NCBI GenBank assembly: GCA_036488585.1
Contig: DASXHH010000009.1
Location: 64,399-128,398, forward strand
Source: Candidatus Saccharimonadia bacterium
GTDB taxonomy: Bacteria; Patescibacteriota; Saccharimonadia; UBA4664
Direction of reading: 5' to 3'
Length of the DNA stretch: 64,000 bases
In this document: positions 9,753 through 18,280 of the stretch, piece by piece
Position numbering within the stretch: position 1 is the stretch's first letter
Layout of the letters: each line of letters starts with the position of its first letter
Translations under genes and position numbers: made by a program
Notes under the pieces: model-generated
Told to the model about the DNA's origin: nothing
Database searches by the model: none
Seen by the model: the letters and a program-made list of their open reading frames with translations, nothing else

Positions 9753-10733
9753 ATGAAGGTATTTTGGTATTTAGGACACGAACAATTCCAACCCGAGGTA
9801 ATTGTGGAGCAGGCGCAGGCGGCGGAGCAGGCCGGATTCGACGGCGTGGCCGTGAGCGAGCATTTTCACCCGTGGGTGGACGATGTAGGGGCGGGCGGGT
9901 TTGCCTGGTCGACACTGGCGGCGATAGCGCAGGCCACCGAGCAAATAGAGCTGCTAACGGCGGTGGTGACGCCGCTATGGCACACGCACCCAGCGATGGT
10001 GGCCCAGGCGGCGGCCACGGTGGACCGGCTGAGCGGCGGGCGGTTTGCCCTGGGCGTGGGCACGGGCCGGAGCGAGGGCATGCTCGGCTATCCGTACCCA
10101 AATTACGCCGAGCGGGCCGAGCGCATGGGCGAGGCTTTGGACATTATGCGGCGGCTGCTGGACGGCGCCAAGCTCGATTACGACGGTAAGTATTACCAAA
10201 CTAAGAGCGCGCGATTGTATAGTCCGCCAGTGTCGCGGGTGCCGATTTACATGTCGGCGGCCGGGCCGAAGTCGGCGCGGATGGCGGCAGCCCAGTCCGA
10301 CGGCGTGATTGTGAGCATTAAAGACATTGCCGAGGCGATGGAGAAGGTGGTGGAGCCGGCCCGTGCGGAGAGCGAGCAGGGTACGGCGGTGATCACACTG
10401 CACTGGACTGTGCGCGGCCGCAACGACGACGAGGCCTGGCGAGCGCTGGAGGCCTGGCGAGGCTTACGCGCGCCCAATCGCGACACCGCCACCGATCCGG
10501 CCGAGCTGCGGCGGGCGGCCGACGAATTGCCGCGTGAGCACATCCTAGGCCAGTACCACCGGGTGCAGACGGCCGAGGATTATGTGGAGGCCTACGGCGA
10601 GATCGCGCGCACGGTGCAGCCGGACATTCTGTGCGTGCAGACCACGTCAGTAGACCAGATGGCTACAATCCAGATGGTGGGACGTGAGGTGCTGCCGGAA
10701 CTAAGAAAGTTAGCGAAAGGGGGGAAGAAATGA
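9753..10733 (+). CDS. LLM class F420-dependent oxidoreductase (Fgd/luciferase-like); possible F420-dependent glucose-6-phosphate dehydrogenase-like enzyme
   Basis: Start moved from 9693 to the ATG at 9753, preceded by GGAG at 9747-9750, which removes the overlap with the divergent gene. TIM-barrel LLM signature AVSEHFHPW and GVGTGRSEG, about 327 aa, similar in layout to mycobacterial Fgd1 (SDHFQPW). Confidence 0.65.
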   Translation: MKVFWYLGHEQFQPEVIVEQAQAAEQAGFDGVAVSEHFHPWVDDVGAGGFAWSTLAAIAQATEQIELLTAVVTPLWHTHPAMVAQAAATVDRLSGGRFALGVGTGRSEGMLGYPYPNYAERAERMGEALDIMRRLLDGAKLDYDGKYYQTKSARLYSPPVSRVPIYMSAAGPKSARMAAAQSDGVIVSIKDIAEAMEKVVEPARAESEQGTAVITLHWTVRGRNDDEAWRALEAWRGLRAPNRDTATDPAELRRAADELPREHILGQYHRVQTAEDYVEAYGEIARTVQPDILCVQTTSVDQMATIQMVGREVLPELRKLAKGGKK

Positions 10734-11599
10734 AAGTTGGATTACAGATAAATCGATTTGATTGGGGTGGGGCCGAGAAGATCGGCCCGACACTCCGGGG
10801 CATCGCGGCCAAGGCCGACGAGGTGGGTTTTGATAGCGAATGGGTGATGGACCACTTCTTCCAGATCGAGCACCTTGGGCCGCCCACTGATCCGATGCTC
10901 GAGGCCTACACCGCGCTCGGCCACCTGGCGGCGGTGACGAAGAAAGTGACACTGGGCACGATGGTGACTGGTGTGATCTACCGCGAGCCGGCACTGCTAG
11001 TGAAGGCCGTGACCACGCTGGACGTGCTGAGCGGCGGGCGGGCGGTGCTGGGAATTGGCGCCGGCTGGAACGAAGCCGAAGCGGTGGCTTTGGGCCTGCC
11101 ACGACCGCTTAGTGGCGGGCGGTTTGAGAAGCTCGAAGAGACTCTCGAGATTGCGAAACAAATGTGGGCCGGCGACGAGAAGCCGATTCACGGTAAGCAA
11201 TTTCAGCTCGAACGGCCGATCAATAGCCCGCAGGCCCTCACCAAGCCGCACCCACCGATCCTAATTGGCGGATCGGGTGAGCAAAAGACGCTGCGGTTGG
11301 TGGCTAAGTACGCCGACGCCTGCAACCTGTTTGCCCGCGATGATGTTAAGCACAAGTTAGATGTTTTGCGACAGCACTGCGAAGAAGTCGGCCGCAACTA
11401 CGACGAGATCGAGAAGACGGCCATGCTCGGGGTGGAAATAGTGGCCGCGGCTAAAGAACCGGATGCAATCCGTCGCAAGGCCGAGGAGCTGGCCGGCCTA
11501 GGAATTCAGCACGTAATCTTCGCGAACGGCCCGGACCCCGACCTATCCGCCTATGACAAGCTGGCTAAGGAGCTGTTGCCGGCGCTTCGTAAGCTGTAG
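10730..11599 (+). CDS. LLM class F420-dependent oxidoreductase
   Basis: 289 aa with VMDHFFQIEHLG and GIGAGWNEAE motifs of luciferase-like monooxygenase family F420 enzymes. Start overlaps the upstream LLM stop (ATGA), indicating a tandem pair. Confidence 0.7.
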   Translation: MKVGLQINRFDWGGAEKIGPTLRGIAAKADEVGFDSEWVMDHFFQIEHLGPPTDPMLEAYTALGHLAAVTKKVTLGTMVTGVIYREPALLVKAVTTLDVLSGGRAVLGIGAGWNEAEAVALGLPRPLSGGRFEKLEETLEIAKQMWAGDEKPIHGKQFQLERPINSPQALTKPHPPILIGGSGEQKTLRLVAKYADACNLFARDDVKHKLDVLRQHCEEVGRNYDEIEKTAMLGVEIVAAAKEPDAIRRKAEELAGLGIQHVIFANGPDPDLSAYDKLAKELLPALRKL

Positions 11600-11602
11600 C
11601 TG

Positions 11603-12040
11603 TTAGTCCTTGCCGGCGTCTTTGGCGCCCTCGATGTTGACCATCCAGTGGTTGCCAAATTTATCGTCGACCATGCCAAACAAGTCGCCCCAAAACTGCT
11701 TTTCAAGCGGCATGGTGATTTTGCCGCCGTCAGCGAACTGATCGAAGATCCGTTTAAGCTCAGCCTCATCCCCTGCCTTACCGCTGAGGCTGAGGCTAAT
11801 GCTGTTGTGCTCAGAGGTGCGCTTCATGTCGGGCGGGGTGTCTGAGGCCATAATCTCGACGCGGCCGGCCACAAGGGCCGAGTGAAGCAATTGGTCTTTG
11901 TGGCTGTCCGGCACGGGCATCGGGCTTTCGCCGAAGGTCTGCTTGGTTAGCTCGCCGCCGAAAATTTGGTGGTAATACTCCATCATCTCGCGGGCGTCGC
12001 CATCGCGAGCAATGTAGGGGTTAAGTTTAAGATCACTCAT
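11603..12040 (-). CDS. VOC family protein (PhnB/YjdN-like, 3-demethylubiquinone-9 3-methyltransferase domain)
   Basis: 145 aa with EMMEYYHQIFGGEL...FWGDLFGMVDDKFGNHWMVNI typical of the PhnB-like glyoxalase-fold family. Confidence 0.65.
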   Translation of the reverse strand: MSDLKLNPYIARDGDAREMMEYYHQIFGGELTKQTFGESPMPVPDSHKDQLLHSALVAGRVEIMASDTPPDMKRTSEHNSISLSLSGKAGDEAELKRIFDQFADGGKITMPLEKQFWGDLFGMVDDKFGNHWMVNIEGAKDAGKD

Positions 12041-12164
12041 TTTTTGGCTCCTTGTTGCAACTAACGCATGTTGACACAGCGGAGCGGGCGGTTCAAGAGC
12101 GTTTTTGGCAAAAGTGAGCAGCCGCCCGTTGCCTCAAGAATAAGGCGACGGGCGGCTATGGGGA

Positions 12165-12707
12165 TTATGGGGCCAGCGGTCCGCACAGCTCTTCGAGCAG
12201 CTGGCGGTGCCAGACCGGGACGGCAGGGTCGAACGGCGGCATTACCCGCACCCGCAGATCGGGTCGGGGGAACGTATAGCGGATCAGGCCGACGATGCGG
12301 GGGATGACCTCGCGCCAGTCCTCCTCGTGGTGGACATGAACAGCGATGTAGTCCGGTCGAAGGTCGATGCCGCGGTCCACCACTTCCGGCCACGAACGGA
12401 TGGCCCGGATGAGGGCCTGGCCCTCGGGGGTGATACCATCGAGGTCATTGGAGCCCGCATGCACTGCCCGTTCGAGGGGTAGCCATAGGTGGCTACTGTG
12501 TGAGGTGATGGCCTCGGGCAAGTAGAACCACAACGAGCGGTGGCTGAGGGCACATCGCACCGAGATGGCGTTGCGGCCGAGCCACTGCTGCCAGTAGATC
12601 CATAGGTGCCTCCGGGCGAACTTCTGGAGCCTATTCACCGTTCCCCCTTTCAAGGGATGGTTGGTCAACGGGTAATTCCAGGGGTAATTATAACACTTAT
12701 GGTGCAA
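12165..12707 (-). CDS. Hypothetical protein (Trp/His-rich N-terminus); start uncertain
   Basis: Only plausible frame in this gap. The ORF has no internal Met and begins with TTG. The C-terminal half looks protein-like (…LDGITPEGQALIRAIRSWPEVVDRGIDLRPDYIAVHVHHEEDWREV…). No family recognised. Confidence 0.25.
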   Translation of the reverse strand: MHHKCYNYPWNYPLTNHPLKGGTVNRLQKFARRHLWIYWQQWLGRNAISVRCALSHRSLWFYLPEAITSHSSHLWLPLERAVHAGSNDLDGITPEGQALIRAIRSWPEVVDRGIDLRPDYIAVHVHHEEDWREVIPRIVGLIRYTFPRPDLRVRVMPPFDPAVPVWHRQLLEELCGPLAP

Positions 12708-12806
12708 ATAAACAATTGCTCATGGAAGCCGAATAATTGTTTGTGAGTTTGCCCAATTCAACTCAGGCGATTTGATTGCACAATTGCCACTTTGAGGAGG
12801 AAATCT

Positions 12807-12953
12807 ATGCTTTACACAGTAGTTGCAGTTTTGGTCGTGCTCTGGTTACTAGGTTTAATCGGACACATCGGCGGAGCGCTGATTCACTTGTTGCTAGTAG
12901 CGGCAGTGATAGTGTTCATTTGGCACCTGATCACCGGGCGCCGGGCCGTCTAG
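12807..12953 (+). CDS. lmo0937-family small membrane protein (48 aa)
   Basis: Below the ORF-track cutoff. GAGGAGG at 12794-12800 lies 6 nt before the ATG at 12807. Product MLYTVVAVLVVLWLLGLIGHIGGALIHLLLVAAVIVFIWHLITGRRAV matches the conserved two-TM micro-protein family, followed immediately by a terminator. Confidence 0.65.
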   Translation: MLYTVVAVLVVLWLLGLIGHIGGALIHLLLVAAVIVFIWHLITGRRAV

Positions 12954-12968
12954 ACACTGCTCTTTTAC

Positions 12969-12996
12969 CAAAAACGCCCCGGTTGGGGCGTTTTTT
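12969..12996. terminator. Bidirectional rho-independent terminator
   Basis: aaaacgcccc-ggtt-ggggcgtttttt hairpin flanked by A and T runs between convergent genes. Confidence 0.6.
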
Positions 12997-13042
12997 AATG
13001 CCCCTCGACGCTAACCTTGGGGGGGCGACCTGAGCCTCGAGG

Positions 13043-13801
13043 CTACTGCTTCTTGTTAAGCGCAGCGCCGCCGTAAGTTTGGTCGAGCGGCCAGACCTCG
13101 ACATTGTCGATGTTGACGTGCGCCGGCTGGTCTATCACCCAGGCGATGGTGCGGGCGATGTCTTCAGCCTCGAGCGGTTGCCAGCCCTGGTAATAATCTT
13201 CAAACTGTTGCCGGTTGCCCTTGAAGCGGACCTCCGAAAACTCGGTTCTGGCCGCGCCGGGCTCAATGTTAGTGACCTTAACCTCGGTGCCGGAGAGGTC
13301 GGCGCGGAGGTTGCGCGAAAATTGACGCACAAAGGCTTTGGTAGCGCCATACACGTTTGAGCCCCGATAGGGCAAAAATGCCGACACCGAGCCGATATTT
13401 ATGATGAGGCCACTCCCCCGCTCGGTCATGCGCGGCAGGGCTTGGCGGGTGACGTACATGAGACCTTTGATATTGGTGTCCACCATGCGGTCCCAATCGT
13501 CGAGGTTGGCGTCCGGCGCTGGTTGGCTGCCTAGTGCCAGGCCGGCATTGTTTACGAGCACATCGATGTCGGCAAACTCCGGCGGCAACTCCCCAAACAG
13601 CCGCTCCACGGCCTTACGGTCCGTGACGTCGCACCCGGCGATGTGAACCTTGGTCTTAAGCTCGCCGGCCAACTTCTCGAGCCGCTCTTTTCTTCGGGCT
13701 ACCAACACCAACTTGTGCCCGGCCTCGGCCAGCACACGGGCCGTGGCCTCGCCAAACCCGGCACTGGCGCCGGTAATTAGGATGGTGAATTGCTTGTTCA
13801 T
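13043..13801 (-). CDS. ydfG: NADP-dependent 3-hydroxy acid dehydrogenase YdfG-like SDR
   Basis: 252 aa with TGASAGFG cofactor motif and NNAGLALG...YGATKAFVRQFS...HVNI. It is collinear with E. coli YdfG over its full length. Confidence 0.75.
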   Translation of the reverse strand: MNKQFTILITGASAGFGEATARVLAEAGHKLVLVARRKERLEKLAGELKTKVHIAGCDVTDRKAVERLFGELPPEFADIDVLVNNAGLALGSQPAPDANLDDWDRMVDTNIKGLMYVTRQALPRMTERGSGLIINIGSVSAFLPYRGSNVYGATKAFVRQFSRNLRADLSGTEVKVTNIEPGAARTEFSEVRFKGNRQQFEDYYQGWQPLEAEDIARTIAWVIDQPAHVNIDNVEVWPLDQTYGGAALNKKQ

Positions 13802-13904
13802 GGGGATATGGTATCAGAGACAACGATTATTCATACTTGTAAAACTCCAACTGGTTTTCAAGTGGGGCTAGCGCCAGGTGTACAAATTCTGCCGGTTCGG
13901 CCAG

Positions 13905-14438
13905 TTAGTGGCCGCCTTCGATACGGAAGCCCTGGCGGGTCAGTTCGCGGGCGACTTGGGCTTCGAGGGCTTCGGCCTGCGGTTGGCTACGGAAGCGCGG
14001 GAGATGGGCGTAGAGGTCAGGGCGGAGGGTGCCGCGGGAGCCACGCTTGAACGGCCGGGCAGCATGGAAGGCCGCGAAGCCGGTGTTATGTTGGGCTAGC
14101 CGCTCGTGCGGTTCGTACCAGGTTTGGCCGACATAGAGGTGATTTTTGTTGCCGTCGAGCTCGATGATGTAGACGCCGTAGGTGCGGGGCCCCGTGATGT
14201 GCTCGACGCGAGTGATGAGGTCGAAGCCAAACTCGAAATCGTCGCGGTCGCGAGTGAGATAGTCGTCGAAAATGTGATAGCGATAGAGGCGCTGGGGCAC
14301 GATGTGGCCAGTTTCGGGGTCGAACAGGTAGTCGATGAGGATGGGTCGGGCGGCTTTGTGGGCGGCCCGGACGAAGGTACCTAGAGCGGCTTGCCACTGG
14401 TCGCCTGATTCGGTGGAGCGGGTGATGGAGGCGGGCAT
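13905..14438 (-). CDS. GIY-YIG nuclease-domain protein with ~80-aa N-terminal extension
   Basis: 177 aa. YGVYIIEL...HLYVGQTWYEPHERLAQHNTG matches the GIY...YIG...R...H/N core of the UPF0213/YhbQ-like family. The N-terminal region is unassigned. Confidence 0.55.
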   Translation of the reverse strand: MPASITRSTESGDQWQAALGTFVRAAHKAARPILIDYLFDPETGHIVPQRLYRYHIFDDYLTRDRDDFEFGFDLITRVEHITGPRTYGVYIIELDGNKNHLYVGQTWYEPHERLAQHNTGFAAFHAARPFKRGSRGTLRPDLYAHLPRFRSQPQAEALEAQVARELTRQGFRIEGGH

Positions 14439-14479
14439 ATGAATTAAGTATAAATCTGTTCAGAACGGACACCCTTAAA

Positions 14480-14508
14480 TTGCTTTTTTGTTTCTTTTAT
14501 GCTATAAT
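14480..14508 (+). promoter_or_regulatory. Near-consensus sigma70-type promoter (TTGCTT-17-TATAAT) with upstream A/T tract
   Basis: -35 TTGCTT at 14480-14485, 17-nt spacer, -10 TATAAT at 14503-14508. AGGAGGG at 14541-14547 and ATG at 14554 follow. The -10 lies inside the longer ORF-track start (14488), arguing for the 14554 start. Confidence 0.55.
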
Positions 14509-14553
14509 GTTGAGATCGTGTGCGTATCTTTTCGACTGAAAGGAGGGTACGCC

Positions 14554-15168
14554 ATGAGCAGCAATCTCGTCCTTCGGGGCGTTGTGACACGGGCCGACAA
14601 GTACCACGGGACCGGCAAAGGCTTCGGCTACGCCTTCGTAGGACTAACCGGCAACCCGGAATACGCCCACGTGTTCATCCACGTGAGCAGATGCCGTCGG
14701 GTGACTGGTACCTCCAACGAGCCGGTCTTGACCGACGAAACTGCCACCGCGACTCTGACCGACCAAGGCGACCGCACGCGAATCGTCATGGAAGTACAGA
14801 TGGAGAGCGGACGACCCAAGGCAGTACGATGGGGAGTGATCCCCGATACCGATTACATCGCCGATTTCGTCAAGGCGGGCAAGCTCGCCTCGTACGTTGG
14901 CGGACACATCGGCATGCATTACGCCCACCCCGAGGGCTGGATCAACGGCCTGCTCGAGGATTTCGAGCTCGAGCCCGGGCAGTTGACCTTCCATGTTCGC
15001 CGGACCGACAACCCGAAAAAGGACTACGAGCCGAACGACTACGTCAGTTTCATCGGATGCGTCTACGACAGGCGCTATAGCAGCGCCGCTGGCGAGCCCC
15101 CAAACATGGGGGTCATCGAGCTGACGGCGGGTTTGCCCCGCGTCACGGTGTACCTGCACCCCAAGTGA
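14554..15168 (+). CDS. Cold-shock-domain (CSD) protein with ~110-aa C-terminal extension
   Basis: N-terminus VLRGVVTRADKYHGTGKGFGYAF...AHVFIHVS carries RNP1-like KGFGY and RNP2-like VFIHV motifs in CspA order. The C-terminal half has no recognised domain. Confidence 0.5.
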   Translation: MSSNLVLRGVVTRADKYHGTGKGFGYAFVGLTGNPEYAHVFIHVSRCRRVTGTSNEPVLTDETATATLTDQGDRTRIVMEVQMESGRPKAVRWGVIPDTDYIADFVKAGKLASYVGGHIGMHYAHPEGWINGLLEDFELEPGQLTFHVRRTDNPKKDYEPNDYVSFIGCVYDRRYSSAAGEPPNMGVIELTAGLPRVTVYLHPK

Positions 15169-15176
15169 TGCTGCAT

Positions 15177-15206
15177 CCGGAACCGCCCACCCACGGGCGG
15201 TTCCGG
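15177..15206. terminator. Stem-loop between convergent genes
   Basis: ccggaaccgccc-acccac-gggcggttccgg perfect 12-bp stem, 9 nt after the CSD gene stop, with no clear U-run. Confidence 0.4.
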
Positions 15207-15249
15207 GACATCCCAAGAGCTCAAGCAGAAGTTTGAGACTTTAGGATGA

Positions 15250-15831
15250 CTACGAACCGAGATGAGTCTGGATAAAGGTGTGAATGGCGTGGTAATGGTT
15301 CGAAATTAGCCAGACGTCGAGCAGAATGAGGCCCGGGAAAATAATGAGATTCTCGACGAAGTGGCCGGTGGTGACGCGCAGAGCTTTGACTGGTGGCAGG
15401 CCGAATTTGATAGGAATGGGTAGTAGCCACGGCACGCCCTCTTTGGTAAAGGTGTCCATCACGAGGTGCGAGATGAGGCCAATGAGGAAGGCATACCACA
15501 CGAGAGTGATGTCGATGTGGTGCATGATGGGGCTTAGGAATACAAGCAGCAGGTGGGCCAGCCAGGCGAAGAGCGCCACGCCGAGCAGACTGTGAGTGAG
15601 GAAACGGTGGCCGCCGAGAAGTTTGTCGAAGACTTTGCCGATGACGCCCTGGGCTGGGAGGTTGCGCCAGAAGGGGGCGGTGGGCTGGTCGATGTCGGGG
15701 GTGATACCGCCGATCTGATTGGCTAGTAGCGCCACCAACGCCGTGGCCAGCGAAAGGCTTACGGGCGGATACAAAATAGTGGCCGCGATGAGGGCGGTGA
15801 GAGCGGCGGTGTCGTGGGTGCGTCCAGTCAT
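15250..15831 (-). CDS. Membrane-bound metal-dependent hydrolase (DUF457/YdjM-like)
   Basis: 193 aa polytopic membrane protein with His-rich conserved positions (MTGRTHD..., HHIDITLVWY, HYHAIHTF) typical of the YdjM family. Confidence 0.55.
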   Translation of the reverse strand: MTGRTHDTAALTALIAATILYPPVSLSLATALVALLANQIGGITPDIDQPTAPFWRNLPAQGVIGKVFDKLLGGHRFLTHSLLGVALFAWLAHLLLVFLSPIMHHIDITLVWYAFLIGLISHLVMDTFTKEGVPWLLPIPIKFGLPPVKALRVTTGHFVENLIIFPGLILLDVWLISNHYHAIHTFIQTHLGS

Positions 15832-15915
15832 AGCACTAGTAGTTTACAATAATTGCTTGTTGGCCGCGCGGGGCACCCCAGGCAAATCGCCCAGGACACC
15901 CCGCGGGATTGATGC

Positions 15916-17196
15916 TTACAGTCCGGTTAGCGGAGCGAGCCGGCCAAGGAGCCGCTCGATGAGGCGTGGGTCCACCGGGTGGCCGAGCGGCCAGGTGCCG
16001 GCCTCGGGCTTGCCGAGCGTGAACAGCCACTGTCCGACTTTGAGGCCTTGCTGCCGCATGCCAGGCTGGCCTCCGCGCTGGAAGGCCTGAATGCTACCCT
16101 TGAGCCAGAGCAGACGCTCGAGGTAGAACTGCTCGCCAAGCTCGGTCACGGTCCATTGTCGGTTGGCCACGTGCATTTCGAGCCAGTGCTCAAGCGTTAC
16201 CGCATATTCCTCCCAGAGGAAATCGGTTTGAGCGGTGAATAGGCCGTGCCTGGCGAGTAGCCGTTCGACCCGGTAAGGGGTAGATAGGTGGCCTCGGGGA
16301 AAGATTCGCTTGCGCACCCAGAGGTCGAGCGGGCCAGGTACCTGACGCACGATGCAATGAAGCACGGCTGTGCTGCTGGGCTTCATGATCCCCTGCACCA
16401 CCTGGAAGAACCGGCGCTGACTGCGCCTGTCGACATGCTCGAACATCCCCACCGAAGTGACGTAGTCGGCCTGGAGGTGGGCGTATGGGGAGCGCGACAA
16501 ATCGAGGTAATTCATGACCTCGATGGTCACCAGGTGGCCGACCCCGCAAGCGGTGGCGAGGCTCCGGGCGCGCTCGGCCTGGGCTGGGCTAAGGGTTAGG
16601 CCCAGCACGTTGAGACCGAACAGCTGGGCGGCGAGCACCGCCAGATCGCCCCAGCCGCATCCGATGTCAACCAGCCACCGCCCCTCGAAAGTGGAGCGGC
16701 CCTGGTCGTAGAGGCCTAGCTTCATGAAGATGTCGAGCATCTTGCGGAGTTGAGCCCGCCGAATGGGTTCACTAGGTGTCAGCGGGCGGGCACAGGAGTA
16801 CGACATGTCTCCAGGAACGCCGACGCCATCACCAGGTCCACCGAGCTGGCCACTGAGCAGTTCGATGTAATAGCGGTTGCTCTTGTCGTAATGCGCTTCA
16901 ATGTGGCGCTGGCGAGTGCCACGGCGAAGGGCCGGCAATTGCCTAAACAAGGCCCAGAAACGCAGCCACCAAGTAATGACGGTGCTGGCGTTGCCTTGGC
17001 CGGCCAGGATGGTGTCGAGGTCGTGGTCGCCTACTAGGATGCGGCCCTCAGAGAAGCCGACCCCGAAGACGTACGTCGGCCAGAGCGGCAACGCCAGCAC
17101 ATCGCGCCAACGAGTGAACCGCACCGTTGGGGCATCGGGACCGCCGAAGAACGGCAGCGGGCAGCCATTGGGGAGAACGATGTTCACAGGAGTCAT
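15916..17196 (-). CDS. Cyclopropane-fatty-acyl-phospholipid synthase family SAM-dependent methyltransferase
   Basis: SAM motif I VLDIGCGWGDLAVLAAQ and the CMAS-family C-terminal region. Start chosen at the ATG at 17196 rather than the GTG at 17253. An N-terminal extension of about 130 aa is unassigned. Confidence 0.65.
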   Translation of the reverse strand: MTPVNIVLPNGCPLPFFGGPDAPTVRFTRWRDVLALPLWPTYVFGVGFSEGRILVGDHDLDTILAGQGNASTVITWWLRFWALFRQLPALRRGTRQRHIEAHYDKSNRYYIELLSGQLGGPGDGVGVPGDMSYSCARPLTPSEPIRRAQLRKMLDIFMKLGLYDQGRSTFEGRWLVDIGCGWGDLAVLAAQLFGLNVLGLTLSPAQAERARSLATACGVGHLVTIEVMNYLDLSRSPYAHLQADYVTSVGMFEHVDRRSQRRFFQVVQGIMKPSSTAVLHCIVRQVPGPLDLWVRKRIFPRGHLSTPYRVERLLARHGLFTAQTDFLWEEYAVTLEHWLEMHVANRQWTVTELGEQFYLERLLWLKGSIQAFQRGGQPGMRQQGLKVGQWLFTLGKPEAGTWPLGHPVDPRLIERLLGRLAPLTGL

Positions 17197-17311
17197 GGCA
17201 TCCACCCATCTTGTTGTTCCGGTACTGCTAGAGCATGGAACGAATGCTACCACACCTGAGCGTTGCCGCCTCCATCAGATAAGCGTAAGATGTAAGACGA
17301 ATAGGAGAAGA

Positions 17312-18177
17312 ATGACCAAAGCCCCACAGCCCCTTCACATCGCCACCGTTCTTATCCTCGCCGCGCTGGTTTGGTACGCCGCCAGCCGGATTATTGATTT
17401 CGTGGTCCCCCGGATGGCCCGGGGTTTGTCGTGGCTGAACGAGCGATCTACCGCCGACCGTGAGATGACGATGCGACGGGCAGAAACCATGCTCGGTATA
17501 GTGGCAGCCATAACCAGGGTGGCGCTCGGCGGACTGGTGGCGTATTCGGCCTGGCGAGCGCTGATGCCATCCACTGCGGGCGTTGCGCTCATTAGCGCCA
17601 GTGCGTTCCTGGCGATCGTAGCGGGTAGTATGCTGACGCCGATTCTGCGCGACCTGGCGCTCGGTACCATGATGATCGCCGAGAGCACTGGTACAACGTG
17701 GGTGACCACATCGTGGTAGAGCCGTTTATGGGGGTGAGCGGCGTGGTGGAGCAAGTGACGCCGCGGTCCACCAAGTTGCGCAGCCTCACCGGCGAGGCGA
17801 TTTGGCTGCACAACCAGAGCATCGCCGGAGTGCGCGTAACCTCAGGCGGGGTGCGGACGATGGCGCTGGACGTGTTTGTGAACGATCCCGAGGCCGGCAA
17901 GAAGGCTATCGAGAAGGCCATCCGCACGCTACCCACTGGACCGACTATGCTGGCGCGGCAACTCAAGATTAACGATAGCGAGCAGATGGGTGATGAACTG
18001 TGGCGGATAACAGCCACCGGCCAGACCGCGCCCGGCCGCGAGTGGCTGATCGAGGACTTCGCCCTCAAGGCGATCAACAAGTACGGCGGGGCGATCATCG
18101 TGCACGGGCCGATCGCGCGGTACGCCGATGCCACCGCCGAGCGCCGTTTCCGTCGCAGTGTACATGCGCGGGCCTAA
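17312..18177 (+). pseudogene. Mechanosensitive channel MscS family, interrupted by a frameshift near 17.68-17.70 kb
   Basis: Frame A (ATG 17312, AGGAGA upstream) encodes three TM helices ending ...LRDLALGTMMIAE then a stop at 17719. Frame B (open from 17629) continues ...HWYNVGDHIVVEPFMGVSGVVEQVTPRSTKLRSLTGEAIWLHNQ, the MscS beta-domain signature. The two frames overlap by about 90 nt, consistent with a single-nt indel. Confidence 0.55.
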
Positions 18178-18241
18178 TAGGCCCCGGTGCCTCAAACTTT
18201 AAGATTGGCATAAATTCGATGGTGCGTCCACGAGTAGCTCA

Positions 18242-18270
18242 TTGCGAAATGAGGCTAAATCTGATAGGGT
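18242..18270 (+). promoter_or_regulatory. Candidate atp operon promoter (TTGCGA-17-TAGGGT)
   Basis: -35 at 18242-18247 and -10 at 18265-18270. GGGAG follows 4 nt before the atpZ ATG at 18281. Confidence 0.3.
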
Positions 18271-18280
18271 GCGGGAGTAA

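Noticed and set aside
9733-10403. Several minus-strand ORFs (122-142 aa) inside the LLM oxidoreductase gene
   Set aside because: Their Arg/Pro-rich translations overlap a motif-supported LLM gene.
14488-14553. Upstream start for the CSD gene given by the ORF track
   Set aside because: The consensus -10 and -35 elements and the Shine-Dalgarno lie inside that extension. The ATG at 14554 with AGGAGGG is the plausible start.
16901-17311. Long upstream extension of the MscS ORF overlapping the Cfa-like gene on the other strand
   Set aside because: The region is occupied by the well-supported methyltransferase gene. A good Shine-Dalgarno and ATG at 17312 start the TM region.
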